32,000 bases of DNA from Candidatus Pelagibacter sp. HTCC7211. GTDB taxonomy: Bacteria; Pseudomonadota; Alphaproteobacteria; Pelagibacterales; Pelagibacteraceae. Below are positions 27,976-32,000 of the stretch, one piece after another (the stretch's first letter is position 1; each line of letters starts with the position of its first letter). The notes under the pieces were generated by a model that saw nothing but the letters and a program-made list of their open reading frames with translations, was not told where the DNA came from and did no database searches. The stretch covers positions 300,001-332,000 of the forward strand of contig NZ_DS995298.1 in NCBI RefSeq assembly GCF_000155895.1. The letters are read 5' to 3'. A program made the translations under genes and the position numbers.

Positions 27976-30885
27976 ATGTCAGCATCAAAAAACCTTGAAT
28001 ACGAAAAAACTTCATTTTTAAACAAATCTAATAGTGCATTTATTGAGCGAATGTATCTTAAGTTTGTAAACAAGGAGGCTGATTTACCAGATAGTTGGAA
28101 AGATTATTTTGAAGGTATTGGAGATGAGTTAAATATTATTGCAAAAGAAATTAATGGTCCTTCATGGGGCCCCAAAAAAAATACAGTAGATATTGATGAA
28201 CTTCAAAAAAAAATTGACCAAGAAGAACAAAATTCTAATGATATTGCTGCAAATAATAATGGCATAAGTTCAAGTTCTTCAAAATCTAATGAAGACTCCA
28301 TTAAAGCAGTTTCAATGATCAGATCATACAGACAACGTGGACATCTTATAGCCAAACTAGATCCACTTGAATTGATGAAATCAGACTATTTAGATGAGCT
28401 TCACCCAGAGTCTTTTGGTTTTAAAAAAAAAGATTATCAAAAAAATATTTATTTAGGTGGAGTAACTAATAGACAAAACTCAAACATTAAAGAATTGTTA
28501 GCCTTTTTAAAAAAAACTTATTGTGGACCAGTTGGTTATGAATATATGCATATTTCTAATCCAACAGAGAGAAAATGGTTTAGAGATAGAATTGAAAAAT
28601 CAGATGATAATTTAAATTTTACTAAAAATGGTAAAGAAGCTATTTTAAATAAATTGATTCAAGCAGAGGGCTTTGAAAAATTTCTTCATACAAAATATGT
28701 TGGAACTAAAAGATTTGGATTAGATGGAGGAGAAAGTCTAATACCTGCTTTAGAGCAAATAATTAAAATTAGTGGTCAGTCTCAAGTTAAAGAAGTTAAG
28801 ATTGGCATGTCTCACAGAGGAAGATTGAATGTTTTAGCTAACGTATTACAAAAATCTTACAAAAGAATATTTAATGAGTTTGCTGGTGAGTTTGGAACTT
28901 CATCAGACGAGGGGGCAGGAGACGTTAAGTATCATTTAGGTGCCTCATCTAATAGAGAGTTTGATGGAAATTCGGTTCATGTAAGTTTAACTGATAACCC
29001 ATCACATTTAGAAGCAGTTAATCCTGTTGTGCTTGGTCAAACTAGAGCAAAACAATATTTCCATAAAGATAAAGAGAGAAATAAGGTAATACCAATTTTA
29101 ATTCACGGTGATGCAGCGTTTGCTGGTCAAGGTGTTGTGGCTGAATGTTTTGCGATGTCTGGACTACCAGGACATAACACTGGTGGCACAATTCATATAA
29201 TAGTAAATAATCAGATAGGGTTTACTACTAGCCCAAGATTTGCTAGGTCTTCTCCATATCCTTCTGATATAGCAAAGATGGTCGATGCTCCAATAATCCA
29301 TGCTAATGGAGATGATCCAGAAGCAGTTGTTTATGCGGCTAGAATAGCAACAGAGTTTAGATTAAAATTCAATAGAGATGTAGTAGTAGATCTAATTTGT
29401 TATAGAAGATTTGGTCATAACGAAGGAGATGAACCATCTTTTACTCAACCTTTGATGTATGAAAAAATTAGATCACATCCCTCAACAACTAAAGTTTATG
29501 GAAAAAAACTTATTGAAGAAAATGTTATATCAAGCGAAAGCCTAGACAATTCAATTAAGATTTTTAAAAACTTACTTGATGATCAGTTTAAAAATGCAAA
29601 AGATTATAAACCAAAAATTGCTTGGTTTGAAGGTACGTGGTCAGCTTACAAACCAGAAAAAGGGAAAGATAAAAGAGGTGTAACAGGTGCGGATACCAAA
29701 AAGCTATTAGAGATTTCAGAAAAAATAAATTCATCTTTTGATGAATTAAATTTACACAAGACTATAGTAAAAATATTAAATAATAGAAAAGAAGCTGTTA
29801 AAAGTGGATCTAATATTGATTGGTCAACAGCTGAAGCTTTAGCGTTTGGATCTCTATTAGAAGAAGGCTATCCAGTAAGATTAGTTGGACAAGATTCTGG
29901 AAGAGGAACTTTCAGTCAAAGACATTCAGTTTTAAGAAATCAAAAGGATAACACTCGATATGTCCCTTTAAATAATATTTCTAATAATCAAAAACAATTT
30001 GAAGTTGTAGATAGCTTTTTATCTGAATTGGCTGTTCTAGGGTTTGAGTATGGTTATAGTTTAGTTGAGCCTAACACACTTACTTTATGGGAAGCACAGT
30101 TTGGAGATTTTGCAAATGGTGCTCAGGTTGTGATAGATCAATTTATTGCTTCAGGAGAAAGAAAATGGAGAAGAGCTTCTGGATTAGTAATGTTATTGCC
30201 ACATGGATATGAAGGTCAAGGACCGGAGCATTCATCAGCTCGATTAGAAAGATTTTTACAATTGTGCTCAAACGATAATATGCAAGTGATGAATTGCACA
30301 TCTCCCGCAAATTACTTTCATGCTCTTAGAAGACAAATGCATAGAGATTTTAGAAAACCTTTAATTATGATGACTCCAAAATCTTTACTTAGAAACAAAT
30401 ATTGTGTTTCAAATTTAGAAGACTTAAGCAAATCAAATACTTTTCACAGAATACTTTGGGACCATGCAATAGATCCACAAACTCAAGGTTTTATAAAATT
30501 AAAAGAAAGTTCTGAAATCAAAAAAGTAATTTTATGTTCAGGAAAAGTTTATTTTGATTTATTAGAAGCTAGAGAAAAATTAAAAAAAGATGATGTAATT
30601 TTGTTTAGAATAGAGCAACTTTACCCATTTCCTGCAAAAACACTTGTTAAAGAGTTAAAACCATACGCAGAAAATGCTAAATTTTTTTGGTGCCAAGAAG
30701 AGCCTAAAAATATGGGTGCATGGTTCTCAGTAAGGGATTATATCCAATGGACATTAGACACTATTAAGGCTAAAAATAACGAAATTTCTTATATAGGAAG
30801 AAGCCCTGATGCAACTCCAGCGACTGGATATGCAAAGAGGCATAATTCTCAACAACAAGAAATAATTGATAAGGTATTTGAATAA
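27976..30885 (+). CDS. sucA: 2-oxoglutarate dehydrogenase E1 component
   Basis: 969 aa with IRSYRQRGHLIAKLDPL, a ThDP-binding region HGDAAFAGQGVV, and LLPHGYEGQGPEHSSARLERFLQ. Confidence 0.97.
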   Translation: MSASKNLEYEKTSFLNKSNSAFIERMYLKFVNKEADLPDSWKDYFEGIGDELNIIAKEINGPSWGPKKNTVDIDELQKKIDQEEQNSNDIAANNNGISSSSSKSNEDSIKAVSMIRSYRQRGHLIAKLDPLELMKSDYLDELHPESFGFKKKDYQKNIYLGGVTNRQNSNIKELLAFLKKTYCGPVGYEYMHISNPTERKWFRDRIEKSDDNLNFTKNGKEAILNKLIQAEGFEKFLHTKYVGTKRFGLDGGESLIPALEQIIKISGQSQVKEVKIGMSHRGRLNVLANVLQKSYKRIFNEFAGEFGTSSDEGAGDVKYHLGASSNREFDGNSVHVSLTDNPSHLEAVNPVVLGQTRAKQYFHKDKERNKVIPILIHGDAAFAGQGVVAECFAMSGLPGHNTGGTIHIIVNNQIGFTTSPRFARSSPYPSDIAKMVDAPIIHANGDDPEAVVYAARIATEFRLKFNRDVVVDLICYRRFGHNEGDEPSFTQPLMYEKIRSHPSTTKVYGKKLIEENVISSESLDNSIKIFKNLLDDQFKNAKDYKPKIAWFEGTWSAYKPEKGKDKRGVTGADTKKLLEISEKINSSFDELNLHKTIVKILNNRKEAVKSGSNIDWSTAEALAFGSLLEEGYPVRLVGQDSGRGTFSQRHSVLRNQKDNTRYVPLNNISNNQKQFEVVDSFLSELAVLGFEYGYSLVEPNTLTLWEAQFGDFANGAQVVIDQFIASGERKWRRASGLVMLLPHGYEGQGPEHSSARLERFLQLCSNDNMQVMNCTSPANYFHALRRQMHRDFRKPLIMMTPKSLLRNKYCVSNLEDLSKSNTFHRILWDHAIDPQTQGFIKLKESSEIKKVILCSGKVYFDLLEAREKLKKDDVILFRIEQLYPFPAKTLVKELKPYAENAKFFWCQEEPKNMGAWFSVRDYIQWTLDTIKAKNNEISYIGRSPDATPATGYAKRHNSQQQEIIDKVFE

Positions 30886-30891
30886 TTATAA

Positions 30892-32000
30892 ATGAGTGAA
30901 AAAATTGTAGTTCCTGCTCTTGGAGAAAGTATTACTGAGGCAACAGTAGCAAAATGGCTTAAAAATACTGGTGATACTGTTGAAGCAGATGAGCCGATAG
31001 TAGAGCTTGAAACAGATAAAGTTAATCTTGAAGTGCCATCTCCAGTTAAAGGAGTATTAACAGAAATAAATTCAAAAGATGGTTCAGTGGTGGAAGTTGG
31101 AGCATTGCTTGGCTTGGTGTCTGAAAATGGATCGGTGGGTTCGGTTAAAAAAGAGGAAATTAAAAAAATAGAACCCAATCAAAAAGAAGACAACGTAATA
31201 AAATTAGATCCATCTAAAAAAGAGCCAAAAATTTTTGAGGAAAAAAAGACAGAAAATACAGAGGATGAACCTTTAATCTTAACTGAAGAAATTACAGAGG
31301 AAGAAGTTCCAAAGCCTAAAATAGAAAAATCAGAACCTAAAACTAATACGGAAAGCCAAACACTTTCACCAGCAGTTAGAAAGATTGTTATAGAAAACAA
31401 AATAGATATTAATTCAGTTCAAGGCTCAGGAAAAGATGGAAGAGTTTTAAAGGGTGATCTTATAAGTTTAATGGGAGCTAATCCTCAGCCTGCAGAAAGA
31501 AAAGTTAAGTATGGTCAAGAAGAAAGAATTAAGATGACCAGACTAAGACAAACAATAGCTAAAAGATTAAAACAAGCTCAAGAAAATGCAGCCTTATTAA
31601 CAACTTTTAATGAAGTTGATATGACCAATATCATGGAAATGAGAAAAGAGAACCAACAAGATTTTCAAAGTCGATATGGAATAAAGTTAGGATTCATGTC
31701 ATTTTTTGTAAAAGCATGTGTTGTAGCATTAAAAAACTTCCCAGCAGTTAATGCTGAAATAGACGGTGATGAAATAATTTATAAAAATTATTACAACCTT
31801 AGTTTTGCGGTTGGAACAGAAAAGGGTTTAGTTGTACCAGTATTGAGAAATGCAGATGAGCTATCGTTTGCTGATATTGAAAAAAATATTAAAAATATTT
31901 CAGAAAAAGCAAGAGATGGTAAATTAACAATCGAAGATCTTCAAGGTGGAACATTTACTATTAGTAATGGTGGAGTTTACGGATCGATGTTATCAACTCC
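30892..32000 (+). CDS. sucB: 2-oxoglutarate dehydrogenase E2 (dihydrolipoyllysine-residue succinyltransferase); 3' end beyond the window
   Basis: Absent from the ORF track because no stop is reached. Hand translation from ATG 30892 gives MSEKIVVPALGESITEATVAKWLK...VELETDKVNLEVPSP (lipoyl-Lys motif), a Lys/Glu/Pro linker, the E3-binding segment LSPAVRKIVIENKIDINSVQGSGKDGRVLKGD, and a catalytic domain reaching ...GGTFTISNGGVYGSMLSTP at the window end. Confidence 0.93.
   Translation, partial: MSEKIVVPALGESITEATVAKWLKNTGDTVEADEPIVELETDKVNLEVPSPVKGVLTEINSKDGSVVEVGALLGLVSENGSVGSVKKEEIKKIEPNQKEDNVIKLDPSKKEPKIFEEKKTENTEDEPLILTEEITEEEVPKPKIEKSEPKTNTESQTLSPAVRKIVIENKIDINSVQGSGKDGRVLKGDLISLMGANPQPAERKVKYGQEERIKMTRLRQTIAKRLKQAQENAALLTTFNEVDMTNIMEMRKENQQDFQSRYGIKLGFMSFFVKACVVALKNFPAVNAEIDGDEIIYKNYYNLSFAVGTEKGLVVPVLRNADELSFADIEKNIKNISEKARDGKLTIEDLQGGTFTISNGGVYGSMLST

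Noticed and set aside
30849-31400. Minus-strand ORFs 30849..31178 and 31179..31400 (Ser/Thr-rich, low complexity)
   Set aside because: They are antisense to the lipoyl domain and Lys/Glu/Pro linker of sucB, whose frame has unmistakable E2 motifs. They are artefacts of purine-rich sense codons.

Overview
The window is visibly AT-rich (roughly 30% G+C by eye) and extremely gene-dense. About 97-98% is coding, and many neighbouring genes have abutting or overlapping stop and start codons (TAATG, TAAATG, ATGA). Gene content and order fit a streamlined marine alphaproteobacterium of the SAR11 / Candidatus Pelagibacter type; this is inferred from composition and synteny, not from a database search. 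I see no rRNA, tRNA, CRISPR array, transposase, integrase or phage gene. Layout from left to right: (1) TRAP transporter membrane subunits, an amidase-signature enzyme, an unlisted 58-aa two-helix membrane ORF, an EamA/DMT permease, a BEM46-like alpha/beta hydrolase and a secreted hypothetical protein. (2) ftsY and dapF on the minus strand. (3) The only long spacer (161 bp), which holds a GC-rich three-hairpin element. (4) A 24.4-kb run of plus-strand genes: ffh-rpsP-trmD-rplS (no rimM), leuCDB, an acyl-CoA dehydrogenase/acyl-CoA ligase/alpha-beta hydrolase/GcvT-fold methyltransferase cluster, asd, sdhCDAB, mmsA, mdh and sucCDAB (sucB runs off the window end). I read the four-gene cluster as the DMSP demethylation genes dmdC-dmdB-x-dmdA. 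The items most worth follow-up are: the uncharacterised hydrolase inside the dmd cluster (no crotonase-type DmdD is present in the window); a perfect 18-bp palindrome in the short spacer upstream of dmdC; the structured element upstream of ffh; near-identical Ala/Pro/Glu tail modules on ribosomal proteins S16 and L19; and the unlisted small membrane ORF.
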